This document shows positions 37,065 through 45,583 of a stretch of DNA of 64,000 nt, piece after piece. The position numbers were made by a program, and so were the translations under genes. Positions within the stretch are counted from its first letter, which is position 1. Each line of letters opens with the position of its first letter. This DNA comes from Actinomycetota bacterium (GTDB lineage: Bacteria; Actinomycetota; UBA4738; HRBIN12). The notes beneath the pieces were generated by a model. That model searched no databases. It was given only the letters and a program-made list of their open reading frames with translations, and had not been told where the DNA came from. Where the stretch lies: assembly GCA_040882605.1 (NCBI GenBank), contig JBBEAY010000062.1, positions 4,661-68,660 of the forward strand, given 5' to 3'.

Positions 37065-38306
37065 GTGACGGTCCGAACCCTCGTGATCGTCGGTGGATCG
37101 CTCGCCGGCGCCACCGCCGCAGCCACGCTGCGTGACGAGGGGTTCGATGGGCGTCTCGTGCTGGTCGGCGCGGAGCCGCTGCCTCCGTACGAACGTCCGG
37201 CGCTCTCGAAGGAGTTCCTACGCGGTGAGCAGAAGCTCGAGGAACAATTCGTGCGTCCCGAGCAGTGGTATCGCGACCACGAGGTCGATGCCCGCTTCGG
37301 CGCGCGCGCCGTGCAGCTCGACGTGGCCGGGCGTGAGGTGGTGCTCGCTGGCGGCGAGCGAGTCTCCTACGACGCCCTGCTCGTAGCCACCGGAAGCCGC
37401 AACCGCAAGCTCGACGTGCCCGGCTCGTCGCTGCCCGGCGTCTTCGACCTGCGCACCGTCGGCGATGCCGAGCGCATCAAGGAAGCCGCCGTCACCGGCG
37501 CCCGAATCGTCTGCGTCGGCATGGGTTTCATCGGGGCCGAGGTCGCGGCCTCTATGCGCACGCTCGGCCACGACGTCACGGTCGTGGAGGTTTTCGAGAC
37601 CACCCTGTATCGGGTGCTCGGACCTGACATCGGCCGGGCGCTCGAAGGGCTCCATCGAGATCACGGGGTGACGATGCTGTTCAACGAGGCGGTGGCGAGC
37701 TTCGAGGGCGACGGCCGGCTCGAAGCGGTGGTCACGAGCGGCGGTCGGAGTATCAACGCCGACGTCGCGATCGTCGGCGTCGGCACCGAGCCGAGCGTCG
37801 AGCTGATGGCCGGAACCGGGCTCGACCAGGGCGGCGGCATCCCCGTCGGGCCGACACTCGAGACCTCGGTGCCCGCCGTGTTCGCGGCCGGCGACGTCGC
37901 CCGCCACGACCACCCCGTGTTCGGGCCGATCCGTGTCGAGCACTTCGACAACGCGATCAAGATGGGCCAGACGGCGGCGCGCAACATGCTCGGCGCCGGC
38001 CAGGTCTTCGACGACCCGCACTGGTTCTGGAGCGACCAGTACGACTCCCAGGTGCAGATGGCCGGTTACGCCGCGACCTGGCACCGCATGGTCGTGCGCG
38101 GCTCTGTAGGAGACCGGTCGTTCTGCGCATTCCTGCTCGATGCCGGCGGTGTCGTGCGGTCGACCGTGAGCCTCGACTACAAGCGTGACGTCCGCCGATC
38201 GTTCGGACTGATCTCCGCGCAGGTCGCGCCAGACCCCGACGAGCTCGCCGACCCCGATGTCGACCTCCGCAAGCTCGTCTCCGCGTCCGCGTCGGAAGAA
38301 GGCTGA
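37065..38306 (+). CDS. FAD-dependent ferredoxin--NAD(P)+ reductase (pyridine-nucleotide-disulfide oxidoreductase family)
   Basis: IVGGSLAGATAA, a PYERPALSK-type motif, a second Rossmann motif VGMGFIGAEVA, and GDVA. Confidence 0.85.
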   Translation: MTVRTLVIVGGSLAGATAAATLRDEGFDGRLVLVGAEPLPPYERPALSKEFLRGEQKLEEQFVRPEQWYRDHEVDARFGARAVQLDVAGREVVLAGGERVSYDALLVATGSRNRKLDVPGSSLPGVFDLRTVGDAERIKEAAVTGARIVCVGMGFIGAEVAASMRTLGHDVTVVEVFETTLYRVLGPDIGRALEGLHRDHGVTMLFNEAVASFEGDGRLEAVVTSGGRSINADVAIVGVGTEPSVELMAGTGLDQGGGIPVGPTLETSVPAVFAAGDVARHDHPVFGPIRVEHFDNAIKMGQTAARNMLGAGQVFDDPHWFWSDQYDSQVQMAGYAATWHRMVVRGSVGDRSFCAFLLDAGGVVRSTVSLDYKRDVRRSFGLISAQVAPDPDELADPDVDLRKLVSASASEEG

Positions 38307-38552
38307 CCCATGCACATCGGCGGCCCCGCCATCGGTCACCCCATCTGAGACCTCGCCTTGCAACGCCGCATCCGTGAGGCGCGGCGAGATCGAACGGCGA
38401 AGGCTGTGGTGCGAGCCCGTGGCAAGCGCTCCATGCTCGATCGTGTGCTCCGGCGAGAACCGGGTGAACGGTCTCTGCCGGCGGAGCTCGACGCCGACTC
38501 GTTCGTCGATCGAGGCGACGACGTCTGGAAGGCCCTGAGGTTCTAGGCCCCT

Positions 38553-38560
38553 GTTAGGCT
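38553..38560 (+). promoter_or_regulatory. Putative extended -10 (TGtTAGGCT) upstream of the class-V aminotransferase/serA pair
   Basis: TG-N-TAGGCT at 38552-38560. It is about 30 nt upstream of TTG 38590, which has an ACAGGAG SD. Confidence 0.35.
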
Positions 38561-38589
38561 GACCCTTCGAGCCCCGAACGACACAGGAG

Positions 38590-39762
38590 TTGATCTTCAC
38601 CGTGCACAGGCCCGAGATCATCCTGGCCCCCGGCCCGACCCCGATCCCGCCCGAGGTGCTGCTCGCCCAGGGAAGCCCGCTCGTCTACCACCGCGGCCCG
38701 GGCTTCGGGGACATCATGCGCGGCGTCACATCGCGGCTGAAAGAGCTGTACCGAACCGAGAGCGCCGACGTGCTGCTGATGACGTCGAGCGGCACCGGCG
38801 CTCTCGAGTCGGCGATCGCGAACTGTTTCTCGCCCGGCGACGAGGTGCTGGTGCCGGTCGCGGGCTTCTTCGCGGAGCGCTTCAAGGCGCTCGCCGAGAC
38901 GTTCGGCCTCACGGTGCACACGGTCGACTACGAGTGGGGTGAGCGCATCAAGCCAGACGAGGTTGCGGCGGCCCTCGCCGAGCGCCCGGTCAAGGCCGTG
39001 CTGCTCACGCAGTCCGAGACATCGACCGGCGTGATCCAGCCGATCGAGCAGCTCTCGAAGGTGGCGAACGATGCCGGCGCGATGGTGATCGTCGACGTCG
39101 TCTCCTCGCTCGGGGCGGTCCCGTTCGAGTTCGACGACTGGGGCATCGATGTCGCGGTTGGCGGTTCGCAGAAGGCGCTCAGCGCCTCGCCGGGCATCGC
39201 GTTCGTCGCGGTCAGCGATCGGGCCTGGGAAGCCTCGCGCACGGCCACGAACCCCCGCTTCTACTTCGACTGGGCGACGTACAAGCGCTTCGCCGACCTT
39301 CCCCACCCGGAGAACCCGTGGACGCCTGCGATCAGCGTGATGCAGGGGTTGCAGGTCGCGCTCGAGCTCTACTTCCAAGACGGAGTCGAGGCCGCGATGC
39401 GCCGCCATCAGATGCTCTCGCGCGCCGTAAAGGAAGGCGCGAAGGCGCTCGGCCTCGACCTGTTCGGCGAAGGGCTCGACGACAACTGGACGGTGACCGC
39501 GATCCGCGCGCCCGAATCGGCCGACGCCGACACGATCACCGACACGATCCGTGCCGAGCACGGGTGTGTCCTCGCCCCCGGACAGGGCCCGTTGAAGGGC
39601 AAGGTCTTCCGCATCGGGCACTTCGGGTACTTCAGCGAGCTCGACATCATCAGGGGGCTCGCGGCGCTCGAGATGACGCTCGAGTCGCTGGGGCACCCTG
39701 TGAAGCGCGGCGCAGCGGTGGCGGCAGCCGAGACCGTGTTCATGGACGCGCGCACCTCGTGA
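38590..39762 (+). CDS. Class-V PLP aminotransferase (serine-glyoxylate/AGXT-type; plausibly the phosphoserine aminotransferase partner of serA)
   Basis: APGPTPIPPEVL, SGTGALE and GGSQKAL (PLP Lys). It ends 14 nt before serA. An alternative GTG start lies at 38602. Confidence 0.8.
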   Translation: MIFTVHRPEIILAPGPTPIPPEVLLAQGSPLVYHRGPGFGDIMRGVTSRLKELYRTESADVLLMTSSGTGALESAIANCFSPGDEVLVPVAGFFAERFKALAETFGLTVHTVDYEWGERIKPDEVAAALAERPVKAVLLTQSETSTGVIQPIEQLSKVANDAGAMVIVDVVSSLGAVPFEFDDWGIDVAVGGSQKALSASPGIAFVAVSDRAWEASRTATNPRFYFDWATYKRFADLPHPENPWTPAISVMQGLQVALELYFQDGVEAAMRRHQMLSRAVKEGAKALGLDLFGEGLDDNWTVTAIRAPESADADTITDTIRAEHGCVLAPGQGPLKGKVFRIGHFGYFSELDIIRGLAALEMTLESLGHPVKRGAAVAAAETVFMDARTS

Positions 39763-39776
39763 GGGGTGGCGGCGCC

Positions 39777-41357
39777 GTGAGGATCCTCGTCACCGAGCCG
39801 CTCTCGGCGCAGGGGCTCGACCTGCTGCGGGCGGACTTCCAGGTCGACGAACGCCTCGACCTCGCTGCCGGCGACCTCGCAGCCGAGATCGGGGCGTACG
39901 ACGCGCTGATCATCCGCAGCGCCACCCAAGTCACCGACGAGGTGCTTGCAGCCGCCACGAGCTTGAAGGTCGTCGCCCGCGCCGGCATCGGGCTCGACAA
40001 CGTCGACGTCGAGGCGGCCACACGACGCGGGGTGATGGTCGTGAACGCGCCGCAGTCCAACATCATCAGTGCGGCCGAGCAGGCGATGGCGCTCTTGCTA
40101 GCCCAGGCGCGGAACACCCCGCAGGCGCATGCCGCCTTGAAGGCAGGCTCGTGGGAGCGGTCGACGTGGGAAGGCGTGGAGCTCGCAGGCAAGACGATCG
40201 GCCTCGTTGGGCTCGGACGCGTCGGCGCGCTGGTGGCCTCGCGCGCGGCCGGATTCGGCATGCGCGTGATCGCGTTCGACCCCTACGTGAGCGCCGATCG
40301 CGCCAAGGAGATGGGCGTCGACGCGATGCCCTCGCTCGAGGCGCTCCTCGTGCAGGCAGACTTCGTCTCGATCCACCTGCCACGTACGTCGGAGACAGAA
40401 GGGCTGATCGGCGAGCACGAGCTGCGACTCATGAAGCAGGGCGCCAGGTTGATCAACACGGCCCGCGGAGGCCTCGTCGACGAGGAAGCGTTGGCCAAAG
40501 CGATCGAGGACGGCCACCTCGGGGGAGCGGCGCTCGACGTGTTCGCGAACGAGCCGACAACCGACTCGCCCCTGTTCGCGCTCGACTCGGTCGTGGTGAC
40601 TCCGCACCTCGGCGCCTCCACGAAGGAAGCGCAGGACAAGGCAGGCACCACCGTCGCCGAGATGGTCCGCCTCGCGCTCACGGGCGAGTTCGTGCCCTAC
40701 GCGGTGAACGTCTCGGCCGGCGCCGAGGTGACCGAGGTCGTTCGGCCGTTCGTGCCCCTCGCGGAGCGTCTGGGCGCGCTCACCGCTGGGCTCGCCGAGG
40801 GCGGCGTTCGCTCGATCGTCGCGTCCTACCTCGGGCGCATCGCCGAGTCGGATACGCGCGTTCTCACGTTGGCGATCCTCAAGGGCATGCTCGCGCGCAC
40901 CGTGCACGAACCGGTGTCGTTCGTGAACGCTCCGATGCTCGCGCGTGAGCGCGGCCTCACGGTGAGTGAGATGCGCTCGACCGTTTCGCAGGACTACGTC
41001 AGCTCGATCTCGCTTCGAGCTGAGACCGACGCGGACCCCGTCACGGTGTCAGGGTCGGTGCTCGGCAAGGGCCACGAGCGGGTGACGCAGGTCAACGGCT
41101 TCGAGATCGAGGTGACCCCCGCGGGACACATGGTCTTCTTCACCTACCTCGACCGCCCGGGCATCATCGGCACGGTCGGAACCCTGCTGGGTGAGCACCG
41201 CGTGAACATCGCCACGATGGACGTCGGTCGCAAGGCCGAGGGTGGCGATGCGCTGATGTGTCTCACCGTCGACACCGAGGTGCCCTCCGAGGTACTCGAC
41301 ACCGTCGCCTCCCGGATCGAAGCGCACCAGCTGCGCACTGTCACGCTGCCGGCTTGA
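39777..41357 (+). CDS. serA: D-3-phosphoglycerate dehydrogenase (long form with ASB and ACT domains)
   Basis: VARAGIGLDNVD, GLVGLGRVG, NTARGGLVDE, TPHLGAST and a C-terminal ACT domain (DRPGIIGTVGTLLG). Confidence 0.9.
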   Translation: MRILVTEPLSAQGLDLLRADFQVDERLDLAAGDLAAEIGAYDALIIRSATQVTDEVLAAATSLKVVARAGIGLDNVDVEAATRRGVMVVNAPQSNIISAAEQAMALLLAQARNTPQAHAALKAGSWERSTWEGVELAGKTIGLVGLGRVGALVASRAAGFGMRVIAFDPYVSADRAKEMGVDAMPSLEALLVQADFVSIHLPRTSETEGLIGEHELRLMKQGARLINTARGGLVDEEALAKAIEDGHLGGAALDVFANEPTTDSPLFALDSVVVTPHLGASTKEAQDKAGTTVAEMVRLALTGEFVPYAVNVSAGAEVTEVVRPFVPLAERLGALTAGLAEGGVRSIVASYLGRIAESDTRVLTLAILKGMLARTVHEPVSFVNAPMLARERGLTVSEMRSTVSQDYVSSISLRAETDADPVTVSGSVLGKGHERVTQVNGFEIEVTPAGHMVFFTYLDRPGIIGTVGTLLGEHRVNIATMDVGRKAEGGDALMCLTVDTEVPSEVLDTVASRIEAHQLRTVTLPA

Positions 41358-41540
41358 TCTGCTGGATGTCTCACCGCCGATGTGGCCCCGGAATCGGCGC
41401 TCGGTGCGAGCAGTCATCCGCAGCCGCACCGTGATCCGACGGAATCTGGCCCCTCAGCGCTGGCTCGGCTGAATCGCGACTCAGGTTCTCGAACCGCCCT
41501 TTGACCTGGGAGTGGCAGCCAGCACCGCGCCATGGACCTG

Positions 41541-41565
41541 GCTTGAACTGAACGAGCATTCAAGC
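41541..41565. promoter_or_regulatory. 7-bp inverted repeat GCTTGAA-11 nt-TTCAAGC in a locally AT-richer stretch upstream of the flavoprotein/DmdA-like genes
   Basis: Seen directly. It lies about 60 nt upstream of ATG 41624 within a 266-nt intergenic region. Candidate operator. Confidence 0.3.
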
Positions 41566-41623
41566 ATATCCTGTACTCCAACGGCTTCATATGGCCGTAC
41601 AACGAGCGACCGGAAGGGCACCG

Positions 41624-43246
41624 ATGGGGTCCACGAACGGCTACCAGGCGATCGTCGTGGGGGGCGGGCACAACGGGCTCGTCGCGGCCGCGTATCTCGC
41701 GAAGGCCGGTGCCCGCACCGTGGTGCTCGAAGCGCGCCACAAGGTTGGGGGCGCCGCCGACACGATGGCGCCCTGGCCCGACGCGCCCGAGTTCAAGGTC
41801 ACCACGCTCAGCTACGTGATGAGCCTCATGCCCGACACGATCCTGCGCGACCTGCAACTCGAACGACACGGGTACCGGTCGACGCCCGTCGGGCCGTACT
41901 TCCTGCCGTTCCCCGACGGGCGTTGCGTCGTGCAGTACGCCGACGACGCGCAGAAGAACTACGACTCGTTCGCTCAGTTCTCCCAGCGCGACGCCGACGC
42001 GCTCGAACGCTGGGACGCGTGGATCGGGGGCCTCGCCGCAGTGCTTGGTCCGATGATGATGACCACTCCTCCGAGGCTCGGCTCCCTGAAACCCTCCGAT
42101 CTCACGGAGCAGCTCCGGCTCGCATGGCGCTTCCGCGGCCTCGACGTGCGCGGGCTCGCCGACGTCACCCAGCTCATGACGATGTCGGTCGTGGACCTGC
42201 TCGACCGGTTCTTCGAATCCGACCAAGTGAAGACCGTGATGGCGTTGAACGGTCTGATCGGCACGTGGGCGGGTCCCTACGAGCCGGGCACCGGCTATGT
42301 GATGGCGCACCATTCGATTGGCGACGTCGGCGACGGCCACCTGGGCGCCTGGGCGGTGCCAGAGGGCGGTATGGGCGCGGTGAGCGACGCGATCGCGTCG
42401 AGCGCGCGGTCGTTGGGCGCTGACATCCGCACCGAGGCGAGGGTCGCGAAGGTCTTAGTTGAGGGCGGGGCCGCGACCGGCGTCGTGCTCGATTCGGGCG
42501 AGGAGCTTCGTGCGCCGCTGGTCGTCACCGCGATCCATCCGAAGATCACGTTCCTCGAGCAGATCGACCGGGTCGACCTTCCAGCGGACTTCGTCGACGA
42601 CATCAGGAACTGGAAGACCCGCAGCGGCGTCGTGAAGATCAACTGCGCGCTCGACCGCGCCCCGGTGTTCACGGCGATGCCTGAGCTGACCGACCTGACG
42701 GGAGGCTTCGAGCTCGCGCACTCGCTCACCTACCTCGAGAAGGCGTTCGAGCAGGCGCGGGCGGGCGAGCCGGCGACCGCGCCGTTCAGCGACGGCGTGA
42801 TGCCGACCGTGTTTGACCGTTCCCTCGCTCCCGAGGGCAAGCACGTGGTCTCGCTGTTCACGCAGTGGGTGCCACACGAGTGGAGCGAACAGCCGCACAC
42901 CGGCGAGCTCGAGTCTTACGCCGACCGCGTGATCGCCGGCTACGACGAACTCGCCCCCGGGTTCGCCAACTCGGTGCTGCACCGACAGGTGATCGGCCCC
43001 TACGAGATGGAAAGGGAGTGGGGTCTCGTCGGCGGCAACATCTTCCACGGGGAGCTCAGCGCCGAGCAGCTGTTCCACATGCGTCCGGCGCCCGGGTATG
43101 CCGACTATCGCACGCCGATCCGCGGGCTCTACCAGTGCTCGAGCGCGACGCATGGTGGGGGCGGTGTCTGCGGCATCCCTGCCTACAACATGATGCGAGA
43201 GATCAAGAGGGACCGCCGCCGCGGTCTGTTCCGACGGAAGGGTTGA
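41624..43246 (+). CDS. FAD-dependent oxidoreductase, phytoene-desaturase/amine-oxidase fold (COG1233-like)
   Basis: AIVVGGGHNGLVAAAYLAKAGARTVVLEARHKVGGAA dinucleotide motif. About 540 aa. GGAAGGG SD precedes ATG 41624 (track start 41591). Confidence 0.8.
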   Translation: MGSTNGYQAIVVGGGHNGLVAAAYLAKAGARTVVLEARHKVGGAADTMAPWPDAPEFKVTTLSYVMSLMPDTILRDLQLERHGYRSTPVGPYFLPFPDGRCVVQYADDAQKNYDSFAQFSQRDADALERWDAWIGGLAAVLGPMMMTTPPRLGSLKPSDLTEQLRLAWRFRGLDVRGLADVTQLMTMSVVDLLDRFFESDQVKTVMALNGLIGTWAGPYEPGTGYVMAHHSIGDVGDGHLGAWAVPEGGMGAVSDAIASSARSLGADIRTEARVAKVLVEGGAATGVVLDSGEELRAPLVVTAIHPKITFLEQIDRVDLPADFVDDIRNWKTRSGVVKINCALDRAPVFTAMPELTDLTGGFELAHSLTYLEKAFEQARAGEPATAPFSDGVMPTVFDRSLAPEGKHVVSLFTQWVPHEWSEQPHTGELESYADRVIAGYDELAPGFANSVLHRQVIGPYEMEREWGLVGGNIFHGELSAEQLFHMRPAPGYADYRTPIRGLYQCSSATHGGGGVCGIPAYNMMREIKRDRRRGLFRRKG

Positions 43247-43253
43247 GGCACCG

Positions 43254-44408
43254 ATGGCCGAGCAGAACTCGTCGTTCCCGTTCTACTTCGCGAGCTGGTA
43301 CAAGAAGTCGCCGTACTTTCAGCGCACCGTGGAAGCCGGATGCACCAGCTGGGACCTGTACAACCACATGCTGATCCCGACGCTCTACGACGACGACGTC
43401 AAGGAGTACTGGCACCTCGTCGAGAAGGTCACGCTGTGGGATGTGGCAGTAGAGCGCCAGGTTGAGATCACCGGTCCCGACGCGGGCCGGTTCACGCAGC
43501 TGCTCACACCGCGCGATCTTTCCGAGACCCAGCCCGGGCAATGCAAGTACGTGCTGATCTGCGCACCCGACGGCGGCATCGTGAACGACCCGATCTTGTT
43601 GAAGCTCGCCGAGGACCACTACTGGCTCTCGCTCGCCGACTCCGACGCCCTGCTGTACGCGAAGGGCGTCGCGGCGTTCGCCGGGCTCGATGTCGAGATC
43701 CGCGAGCCCGACGTGAGCCCGCTGCAGATCCAGGGGCCGCGGTCGAAGCCGTTGATCCGCAAGCTCTTCGGCGACGAGGTCGCCGACCAGCGCTACTACT
43801 GGCACAAGCAGACCGAGCTGAATGGCATCCCGGTCGTCGTCTCGCGCACCGGCTGGAGCGCCGAGCTCGGCTACGAGGTCTACCTGCGCGACTCCTCCTG
43901 CGCGTTCGATCTCTGGGACGCGATCGTCGTCGCCGGCGAGGAGTTCGAGCTGCGCGTGATCGCCCCGAGCGACCAACGCCGCATGGAAGCCGGCATCTTC
44001 AACTACGGCAACGACATGGACATCACGAACAGCCCGTTCGAGATCACCGGCCTCGAGCGCCTGGTCGAGCTCGACAACGACAACGAGCTCGTGTCACGCA
44101 CGGCACTCGAACGAATCCAGGCCGAGGGCGTACAGCGGAAGCTCGTCGGCGTGACGATCGACGGGCAACCGCTCGGCATGTGGCTCGAAGACTTCTGGCC
44201 GGTCGTCGACGGTGCGACCCAGATCGGCCGTCTCGTGAGCGCCTCGTTCTCTCCGCGGCTGGAGATCAACATGGGCTTCGCCTGGGTTCCGATCGAGAAG
44301 GCGTCCGAGCGCACGCGCATCGAGATCACGTCGCCCAACGGCCCGATGACGGCCACGGTCACCCCGCTCCCGTTCCTCGACCCCAAGAAACAGACGCCCG
44401 CGGGGTAG
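43254..44408 (+). CDS. GcvT-family folate-binding aminomethyltransferase, DmdA-like (paralog 1)
   Basis: SPYF...YNHMLIPTLYDD..EY.HL...VTLWDVAVERQVEITGPDA...GGIVNDPILLKLAEDHYWLSLADSD...DVSPLQIQGP...SRTGWSAELGYEVY closely resembles DmdA/GcvT as I remember them. It starts 7 nt after the flavoprotein stop. Confidence 0.8.
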   Translation: MAEQNSSFPFYFASWYKKSPYFQRTVEAGCTSWDLYNHMLIPTLYDDDVKEYWHLVEKVTLWDVAVERQVEITGPDAGRFTQLLTPRDLSETQPGQCKYVLICAPDGGIVNDPILLKLAEDHYWLSLADSDALLYAKGVAAFAGLDVEIREPDVSPLQIQGPRSKPLIRKLFGDEVADQRYYWHKQTELNGIPVVVSRTGWSAELGYEVYLRDSSCAFDLWDAIVVAGEEFELRVIAPSDQRRMEAGIFNYGNDMDITNSPFEITGLERLVELDNDNELVSRTALERIQAEGVQRKLVGVTIDGQPLGMWLEDFWPVVDGATQIGRLVSASFSPRLEINMGFAWVPIEKASERTRIEITSPNGPMTATVTPLPFLDPKKQTPAG

Positions 44409-44444
44409 GCGGGAGATCGCGCGACGCGCGGCCTGGAGGCTCGG

Positions 44445-44838
44445 CTACCGCCCCCCGGGGAACCAGACGCGGAACGACGCGCCGCCTCCGTCGCGGCCCT
44501 CGACCCAGGCCCTTCCACCGTGCAGCTCGGCGAAGCGGGCGACGAGCGAGAGGCCCACCCCGACCCCCGGAGACTGCGGGTTCGCGCTCGGCCCGCGTTC
44601 GAAGGCTCGGAACAGCGACTCGCGCACCTCGACTGGCACGCCCGGGCCGTCGTCCGGCGGTGAAGCATTCGGGCGCGTACCCGAGCACATCCTGAACCCG
44701 AGGGAAGACGTGCCGGGCTCGGTGGCCGGGCTCGTCGATCTCGACATACACGATGCCGGGCATGTGCTCGATCAGGAGCCGGAAGCCTTCCTCGCGGTCC
44801 CCGCCGGGGACGGCCGAGGAAGCGGGCCCGATGGCCAT
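44445..44838 (-). pseudogene. Remnant of a PAS-domain sensor histidine kinase (internal deletion plus frameshift)
   Basis: One frame reads EGFRLLIEHMPGIVYVEID...VLGYAPE (PAS N-terminus). It is joined out of frame directly to DDGPGVPVEVRESLFRAFERG...GVGVGLSLVARFAELHGGRAWVE (HATPase G1/G2 boxes). The HisKA/DHp domain and the N-box are absent. Confidence 0.6.
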
Positions 44839-44960
44839 GCCGGTGCGGTCGCCGACGCGGCCCGGTCGAGCGATTCCTCGATGTCCGTAGCTCTCGGTGA
44901 GGCATCGGTCGAAGGGCGGTTGGGTGAACCTCTCGTACTTGGGTGTGCGACCCTTGGGAA

Positions 44961-45503
44961 GTGGGATCGCTCACCGGAAGCCTGCTGATCTCGAACGCCA
45001 ACCTCTTCGACCCGAACTTCCGGCGCACGGTCGTGTTGATCGGCCACCACGATGATCAGGGGGCCGTCGGGGTCGTGCTGAATCAACCGCTCGCCGTTGC
45101 CGTGCGAGACGCGGTCCCACCGCTCGGCGACCTGGTCGATGCCGAGGAGCCGCTGTTCGACGGCGGGCCGGTCGAGCCCGAATGCGTCGTCGTGCTCGCG
45201 GACTTCGTCGATCCTTCTAGGGCGGAGATGCTCGCGATGGGTTCGATCGGCTTCCTGCCGCCAGACTCCAGCGACGACATCGCCTCGACGATACGTCGCG
45301 CGCGTGTGTACGCCGGATACGCCGGGTGGGCCCCCGGTCAGCTCGAAGACGAGCTCGAGGAAGACTCCTGGGTCACCGTTCCGGCGCTGCCGGGCGACGT
45401 CTTCCACGAGCAGCCGGCCCGTCTGTGGGAAGACGTGCTGCGCCGGCTCGGTCGCGGATACGACATGCTTCGTTTGATGCCCCGCGATCCCTCGATGAAC
45501 TAG
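44961..45503 (+). CDS. YqgE/AlgH-family (UPF0301) protein
   Basis: GSLLISNANLFDPNFRRTVVLIGHHDDQGAVGVVLNQPL...YAGYAGWAPGQLEDEL..DSW is a canonical YqgE pattern. GTG 44961 is preferred to the track's 44943. Confidence 0.8.
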   Translation: MGSLTGSLLISNANLFDPNFRRTVVLIGHHDDQGAVGVVLNQPLAVAVRDAVPPLGDLVDAEEPLFDGGPVEPECVVVLADFVDPSRAEMLAMGSIGFLPPDSSDDIASTIRRARVYAGYAGWAPGQLEDELEEDSWVTVPALPGDVFHEQPARLWEDVLRRLGRGYDMLRLMPRDPSMN

Positions 45504-45583
45504 CGCGACGCGGTCGGCTGGCGCCGACATCGGTGGGGTATCGTCCGCGCACGCGCGCCGCACGCGACCGGGAGGAGCAGTCG

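Noticed and set aside
38358-38546. 62-aa ORF (TTG start) between the ferredoxin reductase and the class-V aminotransferase. I considered it as a possible antitoxin-like small protein.
   Set aside because: GC3 is only ~73% by hand count, against ~85% in the real genes I checked. It has no SD or -10 signal and no recognisable fold. I left it uncalled. Ribo-seq could revive it.
41402-41431. CGGTGCG-16 nt-CGCACCG stem after serA as an intrinsic terminator feature.
   Set aside because: It has no downstream U-tract and a large loop. It is too weak to list as a terminator. I mention it only inside the finding on the long intergenic region.
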